NCBI GenBank assembly: GCA_050273025.1 | Contig: CP158635.1 | Location: 11,532,001 to 11,596,000, forward strand | DNA length: 64,000 nucleotides | Reading direction: 5' to 3' | DNA from: Cenococcum geophilum | Taxonomy: Eukaryota | Part shown: positions 62,561 through 64,000 of the stretch, in pieces | Layout of the letters: each line of letters begins with the position of its first letter | Numbering within the stretch: position 1 is the first letter of the stretch | Translations under genes and position numbers: made by a program | Notes under the pieces: model-generated | The model's database searches: none | The model's input: only the letters and a program-made list of their open reading frames with translations | Told to the model about the DNA's origin: nothing

Positions 62561-64000
62561 TGTTACGGACGCTTTAAGTACGATGTTACGACTACTTGGG
62601 GAAGAGTCGGAAGAAGCTAGTTGGTTAATATAAGCACGGTCCAGGATGGAACCCGTGGAACCATGTAATAAGGAATAGTAGCCGAAGTCACATAAGGTAC
62701 TACGTAAGGAACGTAAGGAACAAAGGGAACTCACGTACCTTATGTATAAGACGTACATCACGTATAAGAAGGATTTCTTAGGAGTACGGTTGTGTATTTA
62801 AGGACCCTTAGTCCCTACCTAGATAGTTCCTTCCTTATAGTAATTCTTAGAATACAATTAAAGTTAATCTATTGGGCAACTACTCCGCCAGTTATTATTA
62901 CACTATTAACTACTGTCTTTGCATTTCCTATATACCTAGCCTATTAATAGAACCCATTGTAGTTCCTGCTATAAGGTTCTGTTATATAATTACTACCTAG
63001 TTACGGTATTAAATACAGAAAGTTAAATAGTATGCCACTAAAAGCAGCCACTATAACGCCATTGACGGCGGTAACTACTTTAAGGTTAGGGGGTAACACT
63101 AGTATAGCGGACACTAACTCGCAACAACCTATAACGGTAGGACAATTATAAGAAATAGTGATTGATTAATAGAAAACAATATAATACTTAAAAATAGGCT
63201 TAATGGAATTGGAGCAGCAAAGGTTAAGTTACCATTAATTAAATAATTCTTAGGAGAGAGATTGAAGCTTAAAGGATTTCTAACGCAGATGCATTTTAAA
63301 GTTATATAAAAAGGGGCCAAGTTAGCTATAATAATGGATTAGATAGCCTACGCAGGACTATTCCTAACGGGTTGGGCACTTAAATGGTTTAAACCCTACT
63401 TAACAGAAATACAGACTAATGGAATAACTACTACTAATTAAAAGGTATGATTTGTATTTTCTAGCTAGGTAGGATTTGCGGAGCAATTAACATAGATATT
63501 TAGGGACCCAGAAGCAATGGTTATAGTAAAAAGGAAGCTTTAGGACCTAATATAGCGAACTTTAGCAATTAAGTATATAATATAGTTTTAAATACTTATA
63601 ATATAAGTTAAGTAGAATAATAAGGCACTTATAGCATAGTATAAATAAGGACTTAAGGCTAAAGTCTAAGACGTAATTATTCTAATAGAAGATACGGACA
63701 CCTTAAGGAAATTAATAGATTAAGCAATTAAGATTAATAATAGGATCTTCTAAAGGGAACAGGCTAAGAGAGGCTAAGATAGAGTTTTATAGTTGTATAA
63801 AACGCAGAGCACGCAACAACTAAAGCTAAATTAGAAACTATGGTATGGCGCAGAGCTAATAGACCTAAGTAGTACTAAAGAAGCCTATAAAAGATAGAGT
63901 AGGAAACTATAGAAACCTAAAGGTTAAGAATTTAGTGATTATAGGACTAAGGAGTAGAGGCCAAACCAGGGATCTTAATAGTAGAAGATGTTTAGGCGGA
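62561..64000 (+). mobile_element. Gypsy element G (C/E family): 5' LTR and gag, runs off the window
   Basis: LTR 62561-62986 (TGTTACGGACGC...GTTATA) matches the C/E LTRs. gag ATGCCACTAAAAGCAGCC ~63032 is colinear with C and E. Confidence 0.93.

Overview
Filamentous ascomycete (Pezizomycotina; Dothideomycete-like by inference) DNA in two compartments. (1) 1-~35,290 is an AT-rich block mutated by RIP (repeat-induced point mutation) and made of nested LTR retrotransposons, resolved by LTRs and 5-bp TSDs. A Copia (F) contains a Gypsy (D), which contains Gypsy A, which contains Gypsy B, which contains Gypsy C. F also holds an un-RIPed 1.38-kb non-autonomous LTR element (H) and a full Gypsy (E), and a Helitron-like 3' end follows the block. 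(2) ~35,300-61,900 is GC-balanced and holds intron-containing genes (set9, mitochondrial uL14, rpb9, Pin1/Ess1 parvulin, bud4, mrh4, a PTH11-like membrane protein, three hypotheticals), several MITE-like foldbacks and one tRNA gene. A third copy of the C/E Gypsy family starts at 62,561. Top observation: the tRNA-Val(CAC) gene at 47,380-47,520 (-) has, besides a normal anticodon-loop intron, a 47-nt insertion in the D-stem with spliceosomal signals (GTATGT...CTAAT...TAG), and its exact removal restores the cloverleaf. Other highlights are antisense, intron-containing Zn2Cys6-like genes in two different Gypsy families, an LTR element with chimeric LTRs inside one TSD, and an alternative four-Cys C-terminus encoded in rpb9 intron 2. 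All calls come from manual reading; no database searches were run.
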